From an uncultured Candidatus Saccharibacteria bacterium (GTDB lineage Bacteria; Patescibacteriota; Minisyncoccia; Phycocordibacterales; Zambryskibacteraceae), in assembly GCA_964355645.1 (NCBI GenBank), contig CAYHDI010000002.1, forward strand, positions 11,452 to 75,451: DNA of 64,000 nucleotides, given 5' to 3'. Made by a program: the position numbers and the translations under genes. The notes under the pieces were generated by a model that searched no databases, was not told where the DNA came from, and was given only the letters and a program-made list of their open reading frames with translations. Numbering within the stretch: the first letter of the stretch is position 1; every line of letters begins with the position of its first letter. Shown here one piece after another: positions 54,248-63,997 of the stretch.

Positions 54248-54780
54248 CTATTCAATATTCGAGCCCATCTCCTTCTGCCATTTTTTCAGAAGCGCATCAT
54301 GGTCGATATAATAATTATCATTAAAATTTGGATTATTTTTTATTATATCAATTTCTTCATACGAAGAGTGCAGTTGCGAAAGTTCAACTAGTGACGGGTC
54401 TACTATCTCTTGTGGTTTAAGCCAATAAGTTTTATCTGCCTCTGGCCTAAGCAAATTTTCGTTTCCAGTGTCTAAAGTTGAAACATTAACGACCAGCGTC
54501 TGTATCTCACCATTGCGTGATAGATCCTTCCTTGAGAGATTTGTTTTTAGTATGCGGAATTAAAAATTTAAGAGTGTTCTTTAGTAGAAAAATTTATTTG
54601 ATTAAAAATATTTTCAACCTCATCTTCTTTTAACAAATCGCAGATATATACCGGGATATTTAATTCAGTATTTTTCCTACTCAATCCAATTACTTTTTGA
54701 TTGTTTTCCTGTAATGATTTAATAAAGCACCCACCTAATTTGGCAGATGCTCCTGTCACAATATACAACTCTTTATTCAT
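54248..54780 (-). pseudogene. disrupted short-chain dehydrogenase/reductase (SDR) gene
   Basis: The 70-aa N-terminal ORF carries the TGASAKLG Rossmann motif and then a stop. Translation resumes in another frame for about 106 aa; the central region appears to be missing. Confidence 0.4.
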
Positions 54781-54934
54781 AATTTAATTATACCAATTTT
54801 ACGAGCTGGGGGAGAAGGAATCGGACCTTCATTAGAAGCTTCAAAGGCTCCTGTCCTACCATTAGACGATCCCCCAAAATCTATAAACAATTACTTAATA
54901 GTCTTTAACTTAACAAAAAAAATCAATTTTCGCC

Positions 54935-55105
54935 ATATCAAATTTATTTGACGGGATTCTTTTGAAATGCTAGTTTGCTTTCAGACGTTTCCTGTTGCAT
55001 TCACCCTCTTGTGAGGAGCGTGCCGTGCATGTCAGAGATTTGCCAGCTTCGGTTTCTCGGACCCTCTCAAGCCCCTGCCCGCCCTCCTGTTAGTCAGGAG
55101 CAGGC
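54935..55105 (+). ncRNA. candidate non-coding transcript ending in a strong terminator
   Basis: The region is GC-rich, ORF-free and has hairpins. The terminator at 55066-55100 is followed by tttttc. The next gene is convergent. Confidence 0.25.
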
Positions 55106-55115
55106 GGGTTTTTCT

Positions 55116-55607
55116 TTATTTGTCTGGGTGATGTTCTTCGAAATCTTTTTTTAAGGCTTCTATTTCATTTCCAATTTTGTTTACAGCGTTTTGCATATTC
55201 TTGATTTGAGACTCCTCCACATCCAATTCCTCTTTTGTTTTTTCTGTTGTTTTCTTTTCTCCACGCAAGCCAGTCATAATAAGTCTGCTTCCAACAAAAG
55301 CAGAGACGAAAACCCCAGTCAGAAGAAGAATAATGCTCCCGACCAAGGTTGATACCCAGCTGTTGCTGAGATAGGGAATACTGTCTGCTGAATGCCATAT
55401 TCCACGCCAGAACAATACAATCCCAATCCCTCCTATAAGTGCGTATATAGTAGGATAGCGAGACAAATGGCCACGAACCTTGTCCTCAAGTTTGTCGAAA
55501 AATACAAATATCTTTCTATACATATTCATCATTATACTAAAGAGTCGAATAAAAGATATAATAGAGTCATGATTAAATATGGCTCCTATTTGGTTTGCAA
55601 GGAACAT
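55116..55607 (-). CDS. hypothetical membrane protein with C-terminal coiled coil
   Basis: It has three or four TM helices and a charged helical C-terminus. Confidence 0.3.
   Translation of the reverse strand: MFLANQIGAIFNHDSIISFIRLFSIMMNMYRKIFVFFDKLEDKVRGHLSRYPTIYALIGGIGIVLFWRGIWHSADSIPYLSNSWVSTLVGSIILLLTGVFVSAFVGSRLIMTGLRGEKKTTEKTKEELDVEESQIKNMQNAVNKIGNEIEALKKDFEEHHPDK
55541..55571 (+). promoter_or_regulatory. 30-bp promoter/start cassette agtcgaataaaagaTATAATagagNcATGA, copy 1 (leaderless TATAAT-N6-ATG)
   Basis: It matches 56634-56665 at 29 of 30 positions. Confidence 0.5.
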
Positions 55608-55949
55608 GTTCAGGAAGTCAGAGATTTTCTATGCGATTTTTTTGAAGAAAAGATAGATAAGTACAATCATGATAATTGGGTGACTTTTTTGATACTCGAT
55701 ACAAATTTTCAAGTGAATTTAATGAAAGGAAACGATCAACCGATGACTCAAAACATGACTTTTGAAATATACTGTGATTCAAAGGAGGAGTTAGAAAAAT
55801 ACGCCGAGAAATACAAATGTGAAATTGAAAGTTTTGTGGCCACAGAAACTTCACAACCATATACCTATTATTATATTGAGATTTTGGGACCATATAATAT
55901 TTGTAAAATCGAAATCAATTATTGTGAGGATTTAAAAGGTAGTTCTTGA
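55569..55949 (+). CDS. hypothetical Cys-rich protein (126 aa)
   Basis: The start was reassigned to the ATG at 55569, 6 nt after the TATAAT. Confidence 0.35.
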   Translation: MIKYGSYLVCKEHVQEVRDFLCDFFEEKIDKYNHDNWVTFLILDTNFQVNLMKGNDQPMTQNMTFEIYCDSKEELEKYAEKYKCEIESFVATETSQPYTYYYIEILGPYNICKIEINYCEDLKGSS

Positions 55950-56027
55950 TTTAGAAAGGTATTATAAATAGCTTTGTATTGTATTGACTTTTAAATCCTG
56001 TTTGTCTATACTTAAAGCATCACCAAT

Positions 56028-56070
56028 GGAAAAGATAACCCTATGAGGTTCCGTCCTCATGGGGCCTTTT
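56028..56070. terminator. bidirectional terminator
   Basis: The stems are ccctatgagg...cctcatgggg, flanked by T/A runs. Confidence 0.5.
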
Positions 56071-56074
56071 CTTT

Positions 56075-56572
56075 TTATTTTTTCTTGTATTCGAGTCGGC
56101 CCTTTAGATCGTTCATACATCGAAGATAAGGCTTAACCTCATCACGTTTGAGGAGAGCAGAAAATTTAAGTTCATCTGGGATTATTACAGCTTCCAATTT
56201 TTCCTTATCAATGAGGTGTTTTACCAAGCAATAGAAATCTCCATCACCAGTCACGATAACCGCCTTCTCATAATTTGGATATTCAATCATCGCTTGTAAT
56301 ACAAGCTCAGCATCACAGTTTCCTTTGGTTGTACCGTCTTTGTATTTAAGGGTAGGTTTGAAGATGCAAATAAATCCAGCGTCTTGAAGAGCAGTGTATA
56401 AATCATTATTTCCTTCGATAAATCCAATGAACAGAAAAGCTTTAGCTATTCCATATTTTTCTTTCAAATATATTCGAAATTTACGAAAATCAAGATTCCA
56501 ACCAAGCGAACGGATACTCAAATTAAGGTTCTGACTGTCAATGAAGGCGCAATTTGTTTGAGGTTTCAGCAT
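56075..56572 (-). CDS. NYN-domain (LabA-like) ribonuclease-family protein
   Basis: ..CAFIDSQNL...KGNCDAELVLQAM...AVIVTGDGDFYCLV is the NYN/PIN-like signature. Confidence 0.55.
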   Translation of the reverse strand: MLKPQTNCAFIDSQNLNLSIRSLGWNLDFRKFRIYLKEKYGIAKAFLFIGFIEGNNDLYTALQDAGFICIFKPTLKYKDGTTKGNCDAELVLQAMIEYPNYEKAVIVTGDGDFYCLVKHLIDKEKLEAVIIPDELKFSALLKRDEVKPYLRCMNDLKGRLEYKKK

Positions 56573-56633
56573 GAAAATCATTATACACTTTCTCAGCTTT
56601 TTATCGTAGTAAATAACATACTGTTTGCTATTA

Positions 56634-56665
56634 TTCAGTCGAATAAAAGATATAATAGAGCCATG
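56634..56665 (+). promoter_or_regulatory. 30-bp promoter/start cassette, copy 2
   Basis: TATAAT at 56651-56656 lies 6 nt before the ATG at 56663. Confidence 0.5.
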
Positions 56666-57385
56666 AATCTAATTTTCCTAGATACCGAGACGACGGGGAA
56701 TGATGTGGTCAAAGACCGCTTGGTGCAGGTTTGCTACAAACTAAGGGATGAAAAACCTAAGGTCGAATATTTCAAAGCCCCCTTGCCGATGAGTGTGAAG
56801 GCTATGAGCATTACGCACATCACGGACAAAATGCTTGCAGAAAAAGATTCGTTTGAGACGAGCCAAATGCGCAAGGATTTGGAATTTCTCCTCGCTGGAG
56901 GAGTGCTCGTGGCTCATAATGCGAAATTCGATGTGGCCATGCTCGAGGCCGAAGGAGTGAAAGTTTCTCGTTTCATTTGTACTCTTCGGGTGGCAAGATT
57001 CCTTGATGCGAAAAATTTAATTCCTGAATATAATTTGCAATTCCTTCGCTATTATATGGGTTTGGAAATTGAAGGTAATCCGCATGATGCAGAAGGGGAT
57101 GTGAATGTCCTCGTAGCTGTGTTCGAACGTTTGTATAAAAAAATATTGGAGGTAGAGAATCCGCCAGCTGGCGGAGAAGAGGTTGTCATAAACAAAATGA
57201 TTGAGATTTCGAGCAAGCCATCCCTCTTTACCTTTTTTAATTTTGGGAAATATAAAGACAAGAAGATTGAAGAAGTAGTGAAAACTGACCGAGGTTATCT
57301 CGAATGGCTTTTGAATCAGAAAACTATTGATGGGGGAATGGATGAGGATTGGATTTATACTTTGAAATATTATTTGGGTAAATAA
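56663..57385 (+). CDS. DnaQ-like DEDDh 3'-5' exonuclease with C-terminal extension
   Basis: Exo I is FLDTETTG, Exo II is VAHNAKFDVAML, and Exo III is HDAEGDVNVL. Confidence 0.7.
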   Translation: MNLIFLDTETTGNDVVKDRLVQVCYKLRDEKPKVEYFKAPLPMSVKAMSITHITDKMLAEKDSFETSQMRKDLEFLLAGGVLVAHNAKFDVAMLEAEGVKVSRFICTLRVARFLDAKNLIPEYNLQFLRYYMGLEIEGNPHDAEGDVNVLVAVFERLYKKILEVENPPAGGEEVVINKMIEISSKPSLFTFFNFGKYKDKKIEEVVKTDRGYLEWLLNQKTIDGGMDEDWIYTLKYYLGK

Positions 57386-57386
57386 T

Positions 57387-58481
57387 ATGTTTGGTCTAAC
57401 AACTATCAGAAATTGGTACGGGAAGTTTGAACGGCCGATTTCGTCCTTTTCACTCATAGGTGGATTCGTGTTTGATGCAATTTTCCTCAAACGAGTAGAT
57501 TTGTTCTGGGAAAATTTTTGGATTTTTGTTCACCTCGCCGTGGTAGCCATCTGTATTGTTTTAATTAATCTTCGAAAATATCGAACAGAAGAAGAAACTG
57601 ACCCGAGCAAACTTCACTTCTGGTATGTGAACATCTTACAATTCTTTTTTGGAGGATTGCTTTCAACCTTTCTCGTTTTTTATTTTCGCAGTGCCACCCT
57701 TTCGGCCAGTTGGCCTTTCTTTCTGATTTTAGGATTGGCCTTCGTGGCGAACGAACGACTGAAGAGGCATTTCAGCCGTTTGGAATTTCAAATTAGCCTT
57801 TTGTTTTTGTGTCTTTTTTCTTTTTTGATATTTTATGTGCCGGTTTTGGTGCATAGCATTAATCAATGGACATTTGTTTTGAGCGGATTTTTGAGTTTGG
57901 TCATTATTACAGTTTTTCTTCGTTTGCTGTCCAGATTTTCTAAGGAAAACTTATTTGGACACAAACACAAATTAATCATTTCTATCGCCGGTATTTTCCT
58001 CGTCATGAATGTTTTGTATTTCACTAATATTATTCCACCCTTACCACTTTCTTTAAAAGATTCGGGGATTTATCATGCTGTTCTTCATAATTCAAACGGG
58101 GATTATGTGATTCAAACTGAAAACGAAAGTTGGTGGCAGAAGTATTTTGCACTTTATCCAGATTTTCATTTGGTTTCCGGTGATGTGGTTTACGCCTTTA
58201 GTTCGGTTTTTTCACCCGAATCATTCAATACTTCCATCGTACATGAATGGCAGTATTTTAATCAGAAGACAAATGATTGGACGACGGAAGGCAAGGTTTC
58301 TCTTTCGGTTGCTGGTGGACGGGGCGGGGGATACAGAACTTATTCTGCGAGAGTCGATCTTAACTCAGGACACTGGAGAGTAAATGTTTTGACTTTGTCC
58401 GGTCTCGTTCTTGGACGTCTACGTTTCAATGTTGTTCCTGTTGTAGTCGAGCCAATTTTAAATACAAAAATTAGTCAATAA
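57387..58481 (+). CDS. hypothetical polytopic membrane protein with C-terminal extracytoplasmic domain
   Basis: It has about six TM helices followed by a soluble domain of roughly 150 aa. Confidence 0.3.
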   Translation: MFGLTTIRNWYGKFERPISSFSLIGGFVFDAIFLKRVDLFWENFWIFVHLAVVAICIVLINLRKYRTEEETDPSKLHFWYVNILQFFFGGLLSTFLVFYFRSATLSASWPFFLILGLAFVANERLKRHFSRLEFQISLLFLCLFSFLIFYVPVLVHSINQWTFVLSGFLSLVIITVFLRLLSRFSKENLFGHKHKLIISIAGIFLVMNVLYFTNIIPPLPLSLKDSGIYHAVLHNSNGDYVIQTENESWWQKYFALYPDFHLVSGDVVYAFSSVFSPESFNTSIVHEWQYFNQKTNDWTTEGKVSLSVAGGRGGGYRTYSARVDLNSGHWRVNVLTLSGLVLGRLRFNVVPVVVEPILNTKISQ

Positions 58482-58533
58482 GAAAGAATGATACAATAAA
58501 TCTAGTTTATTAATTAATTTTGTTTTAATAAAA

Positions 58534-59052
58534 ATGTCTGAACACAATACTACTGATTCGTGGCTTTCACAAAAAGTTTTTAATAATCACAAACTTGCTT
58601 GGCTTTGGCTCATTGTCCGAGTTTATGTTGGGTGGCAATGGCTTACGTCCGGGTGGGAGAAAATAATAAATCCGCTCTGGATTGGACCGAACGCTGGTCC
58701 CGCTCTCTTCGGGTTCATCAAAGGCGCACTGGCGAAGGCTGCCGGGGCACACCCTGATGTTCAAAATTGGTACGCTTCATTTCTTCAAAACGCAGTCCTG
58801 CCTCATGTTCACGGGTGGTCGGCCATCGTTGCCTACGGGGAAACTCTTGTTGGACTAGGATTAATTTTGGGGCTTTTCACTGGTTTGGCCGCTTTCTCCG
58901 GAGCCTTTATGAATTGGAATTTCCTCATGGCCGGTACCGTGAGTGTGAATCCGATTCTTATGATTCTTTCAATCTGGATTATACTTGCTCGAAGGGTCGC
59001 AGGACGAATCGGATTAGATAGACTTCTTCATTCTAGATTCAGAAAGTTTTAG
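58534..59052 (+). CDS. DoxX/DoxD-like membrane protein
   Basis: Its hydrophobic profile and W/G-rich helices resemble the DoxD/DoxX family. Confidence 0.3.
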   Translation: MSEHNTTDSWLSQKVFNNHKLAWLWLIVRVYVGWQWLTSGWEKIINPLWIGPNAGPALFGFIKGALAKAAGAHPDVQNWYASFLQNAVLPHVHGWSAIVAYGETLVGLGLILGLFTGLAAFSGAFMNWNFLMAGTVSVNPILMILSIWIILARRVAGRIGLDRLLHSRFRKF

Positions 59053-59876
59053 GACTTCTTGAGAAAAATTCGAATTCCATCCCACCACCCATCTCCGAGG
59101 CTATCGCGTTTGTTCGGATTTGTTTTCACACAATCTTTTGTAGCACCTTGATACGTGCAGGTTTCCACTTCGTCTGGTAGCCCGTCTTGGTCGCTGTCTT
59201 TCACTCGTTCGGTCAGTCGAGCATCCACAGTCGAAGTGGCCATCGGTTGGCTCTTGTCTATGAATATGTAGGTCACTTCATCAGGGAAACTATACGAAAG
59301 TATTTTCGGTGTTCCATTTGAATCCCGAGTGAAATAAATTCTTTTCTGAACGAAGCTTCGAGCGTTGTCTGATTGGTCAGTAATGAAGTTGGTCGAAAGG
59401 ATGATTTGTTTCTGGTCGAACCAAACATTAACGAAATCTTTCTCAACGAATTGAAGACCGACTTTGTAGGCACCGGTCATCAGGTCATTGCATTCTTTGG
59501 TTTTGGCTGGATCGTTGCAAGTGTCAGAGTTTTGATATGAGTAACTTTTGAGTTTGAGGAAGTCATTGTCCTTTGCCGCCGAGAGGTATCCTTGCCACGC
59601 GGTCCAAGCAATTTTCTTGATATAACCTGCGGTTTCAGTCTTTGTGCTCACAGAGGTTGAAGTTCCGACGAGCGGAGTGCCCACCGCCGTTGGCGTGGTC
59701 CCGCTTGCAGCGGTGATTGATGCGTCTGAATTAATAATAGGACCAGTGTTTATAAGAAGAGGGGAGGGTTTCTTGAGTCTAATTCCAAGGAAAATTGCTC
59801 CAATAATGACAATCACTCCGACTAAAATCAAAATTTTGTTTTGCATTAGAGCAGTATAACAAATGCTGAAAATCAA
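59049..59876 (-). CDS. membrane-anchored secreted protein with C-terminal Asp-rich (DxDxDG-like) calcium-binding repeats
   Basis: It has an N-terminal TM helix and a Thr/Ser-rich linker. The repeats are DSDQDGLPDE and DSLGDGWWDG. Confidence 0.3.
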   Translation of the reverse strand: MIFSICYTALMQNKILILVGVIVIIGAIFLGIRLKKPSPLLINTGPIINSDASITAASGTTPTAVGTPLVGTSTSVSTKTETAGYIKKIAWTAWQGYLSAAKDNDFLKLKSYSYQNSDTCNDPAKTKECNDLMTGAYKVGLQFVEKDFVNVWFDQKQIILSTNFITDQSDNARSFVQKRIYFTRDSNGTPKILSYSFPDEVTYIFIDKSQPMATSTVDARLTERVKDSDQDGLPDEVETCTYQGATKDCVKTNPNKRDSLGDGWWDGIRIFLKKS

Positions 59877-59923
59877 AATTCATTGACATTTCTAGTCTAA
59901 CTTGCTATAGTTAAGGTAAGTTT

Positions 59924-61081
59924 ATGTACCAAAAAAGAAAGTTTGCAGTCAGAAGAGCTCCACGAGGTAGATCATTTGCCCAGCATCTAGACATCAAGAA
60001 CTTTATCAACAAGGCGGTTATCGTCGAAGAGGTTGATCATTTCATTCCTGAACACGAATTCAGTGATTTTTTGATTGAAGAAAAGTTGAAGAAAAATATT
60101 GCAGACAAAGGCTACGTGGCTCCCACTTCGATTCAAGATAGAACCATTCCTCATATTTTGAAAGGACAGGATGTGGTGGGGATTGCGAACACAGGTACAG
60201 GCAAGACGGCGGCTTTTCTCATTCCGCTTATTAATAAAGTCATGCGTGACCCGAGCCAATCGGTGCTCATTGTTGTTCCTACGCGCGAATTAGCTTCTCA
60301 AATCAATGATGAATTGAAAGGCTTCGCGCCGGGCACCGGACTTTTCTCTGTAGTTTGTGTGGGGGGGACACCGATGGGACCACAGCTCAAAGAATTAAAA
60401 TACAAAAATCATTTTGTCATTGGTACCCCCGGACGATTGAAGGATTTAATCGAACGTCGAGCTCTCGACCTTTCAAAAACCAGAAGTCTGGTGCTTGATG
60501 AAGCAGACAGAATGCTTGATATGGGATTTATGCCCGACATGAAATTTATTTTGGGCCAGATGCCGAAGGAGAGACATACTTTGTTTTTCTCGGCGACCAT
60601 GTCGAAAGAAATTGAGAAACTGATTCAAGAATTTCTTCATGAGCCGGTTTCCATTTCGGTCAAGACGCAGGACACAGCGAAGAATGTAGATCAAGACATC
60701 GTGCGGATGCGAGCCGGTGAAGACAAACTCCTCGCCCTCGTAGATATTTTGAAGAAAGAAGGTTCGAACAAAGTTCTGATTTTCGGTAGAACTAAACACG
60801 GAGTAGAAAGATTGGCCTCAACTCTTTCGGCTAGGGGATTCAAGGCAGATTCAATTCATGGAGACAAAAGTCAGGGTCAGAGACAACGTTCTCTTGATTC
60901 TTTCAAACAGGACAAGCTTCAAATCTTGGTAGCCACAGACGTCGCCGCCCGTGGTCTCGACATTCCACTCGTCTCGCATGTCATCAACTACGACCTCCCC
61001 GCAACCTACGAAGACTACATTCACCGCATCGGCCGAACCGGCCGCGCCGGAGCCACGGGTAAAGCTTTGACCTTCGTGTAA
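59924..61081 (+). CDS. DEAD-box ATP-dependent RNA helicase
   Basis: The motifs are Q (APTSIQ), I (ANTGTGKT), II (DEAD), III (SAT) and VI (HRIGRTGRAG). Confidence 0.85.
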   Translation: MYQKRKFAVRRAPRGRSFAQHLDIKNFINKAVIVEEVDHFIPEHEFSDFLIEEKLKKNIADKGYVAPTSIQDRTIPHILKGQDVVGIANTGTGKTAAFLIPLINKVMRDPSQSVLIVVPTRELASQINDELKGFAPGTGLFSVVCVGGTPMGPQLKELKYKNHFVIGTPGRLKDLIERRALDLSKTRSLVLDEADRMLDMGFMPDMKFILGQMPKERHTLFFSATMSKEIEKLIQEFLHEPVSISVKTQDTAKNVDQDIVRMRAGEDKLLALVDILKKEGSNKVLIFGRTKHGVERLASTLSARGFKADSIHGDKSQGQRQRSLDSFKQDKLQILVATDVAARGLDIPLVSHVINYDLPATYEDYIHRIGRTGRAGATGKALTFV

Positions 61082-61086
61082 TTTAA

Positions 61087-61110
61087 GCAAGAACCGTTCT
61101 TGCTTAATAC
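61087..61110. terminator. palindrome ttaagcaagaac-c-gttcttgcttaa, copy 3 of the 3-copy motif family
   Basis: It lies immediately after the helicase stop and is followed by a partial tandem half-site. Confidence 0.45.
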
Positions 61111-61239
61111 GGTTCTTACTTAATAGTAGATACTTTTGATACATACGTTAATATGTTGTGGTCGCGAGATTATAGCGTATGGGTATGAATATATATTTTT
61201 TTGTTATAATACAATCCTTAATCTTAATTCATTAAAATC

Positions 61240-61623
61240 ATGCCACTTTTATTTGTCATTGGACGCATTATTTTGGGAGGATATTTCTTGATTAGTGGGT
61301 ATGGCCATTTCAAGAATTTGAGTGGTAGTGCGGGATATGCTGCTTCGAAGGGTGTACCCATGCCCAAGCTGGCTGTCGGATTCTCCGGATTGCTTCTTCT
61401 AGTTGGTGGAGCGACTATTGTTCTTGGTACTTGGACGAACATTGGCATTTATGCCCTTGTTCTCTTCTTCATCCCGGTGACGTTTCAAATGCATGCGTAT
61501 TGGAAAGAAACTGACCCGATGGTCAAAATGAATCAGAAAATCAGCTTTATGAAAAACATGGCTCTTCTTGGAGCTTTGCTCATGCTTCTCTCTCTTCCGA
61601 CACCTTGGATTAATTCTTTCTAA
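61240..61623 (+). CDS. DoxX-family membrane protein
   Basis: RIILGGYFLISGYGHF...HAYWKE...FMKNMALLGALLML fits the DoxX pattern. Confidence 0.55.
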   Translation: MPLLFVIGRIILGGYFLISGYGHFKNLSGSAGYAASKGVPMPKLAVGFSGLLLLVGGATIVLGTWTNIGIYALVLFFIPVTFQMHAYWKETDPMVKMNQKISFMKNMALLGALLMLLSLPTPWINSF

Positions 61624-62324
61624 TTGGCACCCTGTTGGGCATGCATAGATTCGATTATTCTCGTCGGGGTTTTGTGCAGAATGTTTAGAACTTCTCGATG
61701 ATCATCGGTCACCGTGAAAAGTTTTATGTCTTCATCTAGAATCACTCCTCGGCTTAATAGAGTATTACCAATGAAGTTTTGCATAGCATTCCAATAGTCA
61801 CTACCTACACAGATGATTGGGACGTCCTTAATCTTCTTCGTTTGAACAAGAGTTAAGACTTCGAAGAATTCATCGAGGGTCCCGAATCCTCCGGGGAAAA
61901 AGATAAAGGCTTCAGACGAAAATGTGAGGCAGACTTTGCGTACGAAGAAATAATAAAAGTTTACTTGAGCGGTGAGATATTTGTTCACGACTTGTCCGTC
62001 AGGAAGTTTGATAGTTAATCCCAAGGATGATCCACCAGCTTCGCTTGCCCCTCGGTTGACCGCTTCCATGATTCCCGGTCCACCACCAGAAATAATCGCA
62101 TAGCCGAGTTCCTTGGCGATTAAGCCGGCCAGTGTTCGCGCACTTTGATAATAAGGATTATCTTCTTTAAAGGTGGTAGAGCCGAAGAAAGTCACAGACT
62201 GTGGATAGTCCTCAAGCAGTTTGAATCCATCCTTAAATTCCTTGGAAATTTCTGATATTCGTTCTCTCGCCACTTCCTGCATTTCCAAGCGTGTCAGGGT
62301 GGGAATGTTTTTGTCTATATCCAT
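61620..62324 (-). CDS. LOG-family protein (TIGR00730; cytokinin riboside 5'-monophosphate phosphoribohydrolase-like)
   Basis: It has GGGPGIMEAVNRGA and PGGFGTLDEFFE motifs. Confidence 0.75.
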   Translation of the reverse strand: MDIDKNIPTLTRLEMQEVARERISEISKEFKDGFKLLEDYPQSVTFFGSTTFKEDNPYYQSARTLAGLIAKELGYAIISGGGPGIMEAVNRGASEAGGSSLGLTIKLPDGQVVNKYLTAQVNFYYFFVRKVCLTFSSEAFIFFPGGFGTLDEFFEVLTLVQTKKIKDVPIICVGSDYWNAMQNFIGNTLLSRGVILDEDIKLFTVTDDHREVLNILHKTPTRIIESMHAQQGAN

Positions 62325-62375
62325 TTGATTATAATAACATGGTATATTATATGCATAGTAATTTTAAGTAATAAG

Positions 62376-62849
62376 ATGAAACTATCAAGAAATCAATCCA
62401 TCGGAGTTTTCGTGGCCATTGTGGTGACGGGGTTTATCCTCTTTGGAGGACAGTTTTTAAATTTATTCTCATCGAACGATAATTCGAATCAAGCCAATAT
62501 GCAACAAGGAACAACAGGAGTGAAGGTGGAGAACATTATAAATGGTCAAGGTACTATAGCTGAGAAAAGCGACCTTATCACTGTGAACTATATTGGCACT
62601 CTCACAGACGGCAAAGTTTTCGACAGCTCAATTGATCGCAAGCAACCTTTCACTTTTCAACTTGGTGTAAAGCAAGTAATTCAAGGTTGGGATGAAGGAT
62701 TAGTCGGAATGAGAGTTGGTGGAAAGCGTCGATTGACTATTGGTTCTGATTTCGCCTACGGGAATCAAGCTGTGGGTACCATTCCTCCGAATTCTACATT
62801 GGTGTTTGAAGTAGAACTTTTGAAGGTAGAAAAGCCAGCAACCAAGTAA
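62376..62849 (+). CDS. FKBP-type peptidyl-prolyl cis-trans isomerase with N-terminal membrane anchor
   Basis: It carries ...YIGTLTDGKVFDSS..PFTFQLGVKQVIQGWDEGLVGMRVGGKRRLTIGSDFAYG. Confidence 0.75.
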   Translation: MKLSRNQSIGVFVAIVVTGFILFGGQFLNLFSSNDNSNQANMQQGTTGVKVENIINGQGTIAEKSDLITVNYIGTLTDGKVFDSSIDRKQPFTFQLGVKQVIQGWDEGLVGMRVGGKRRLTIGSDFAYGNQAVGTIPPNSTLVFEVELLKVEKPATK

Positions 62850-62859
62850 TTAAAACAAA

Positions 62860-63543
62860 ATGGAGATAGATACAAATAATCTCCACCATGCGTATCTTAT
62901 CCTCGGTCCCAAATCAGAAGGGGAAAATTTGGTCGTGTCTGTTTGTCATGAACTCGGATTAACCGAAGTAGGGAATCCGGATTTTCATGCGTACAGAGTT
63001 AATTCGTTCGACATAGAATCGGCTCGTGATGTTCGCGAACGTTCGCAAGAAAAGCCATTCGGCCTGAAGAAGATATTTTTGATTTCGGCCGAAAGGTTCA
63101 CGCACCAAGCTCAAAACGCTCTTCTGAAAACCCTCGAGGAACCTTCGATGAATGTGCATTTCTTCGTTCTACTTTCGGCCCCGGATTTGCTATTACCGAC
63201 ACTGCTTTCAAGGATGCAGGTAGTACGCTCAAATTCGCAGGAATCTTCTTTCAAGAAATCTTCGGATGTTTCCTCCGGAAAGCATGGCCAGATTTCTCTC
63301 AATAAGATTCCTGCTTCTCCAGAAGAGTTTCTTAGATTATCACTGAAAGACAGATTAAACTTCGCGAAGAAATTCGCAGACGATGAAAGATCACTCCCAA
63401 CATTTCTTGATTCTCTTATGTCCCTAATTCGCGAGAACGGTTCTAACGAAGCATTAAAAAAAATATTTACCGTCCGCCGTTTCGCCGATGACCCTTCGAA
63501 AAGTTCCCGCCTCATCCTCGAGCATTTAGCTTTGATTTTGTAA
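62860..63543 (+). CDS. holB: DNA polymerase III delta-prime-like subunit (AAA+ clamp-loader)
   Basis: It has HAYLILGP, sensor-region NALLKTLEEP and TLLSR motifs. Confidence 0.55.
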   Translation: MEIDTNNLHHAYLILGPKSEGENLVVSVCHELGLTEVGNPDFHAYRVNSFDIESARDVRERSQEKPFGLKKIFLISAERFTHQAQNALLKTLEEPSMNVHFFVLLSAPDLLLPTLLSRMQVVRSNSQESSFKKSSDVSSGKHGQISLNKIPASPEEFLRLSLKDRLNFAKKFADDERSLPTFLDSLMSLIRENGSNEALKKIFTVRRFADDPSKSSRLILEHLALIL

Positions 63544-63592
63544 ATAAAAAAACCATTTGCACTTTAGCAAATGGTTTTTGTGAAGGGTTAAC

Positions 63593-63997
63593 TTAAGCTC
63601 TCCACAAATATGTTTGAAGAATTGGAGCGATTCTCTCTTTCAAACTCAGAGCTTTCAGAAAGAAAAAATCATAACGCTCCGGAACCTCAAGAGGTACCAA
63701 GATGCATTCTCCCATCAATGAATCTTTCTCCGAGAGAAGCTGACCTTCTTTGACCTCGCAAGCAATCTGGAAGAAAACATCCTGTTGAAGTTCTTCACTA
63801 GATTGGGTGAGGCCAGCTTCTTCTCGCGCCCACGCTGAATGACGCTCAATCTCGATTCGAAGAGCTCCTTCAGAAACAAAGTCATAAATGCGAGCAATTA
63901 CTTCAATATCAGGTTTAGAACGAGCCTCAAGGACATCATCCTCCCAATCGAGAAGTATGAGCCAGCCTTCTTCCACAAGCGGTTTAGCTAGGTTCAT
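63593..63997 (-). CDS. hypothetical protein (134 aa)
   Basis: The complete ORF starts at 63997; no recognisable motif was found. Confidence 0.3.
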   Translation of the reverse strand: MNLAKPLVEEGWLILLDWEDDVLEARSKPDIEVIARIYDFVSEGALRIEIERHSAWAREEAGLTQSSEELQQDVFFQIACEVKEGQLLSEKDSLMGECILVPLEVPERYDFFFLKALSLKERIAPILQTYLWRA

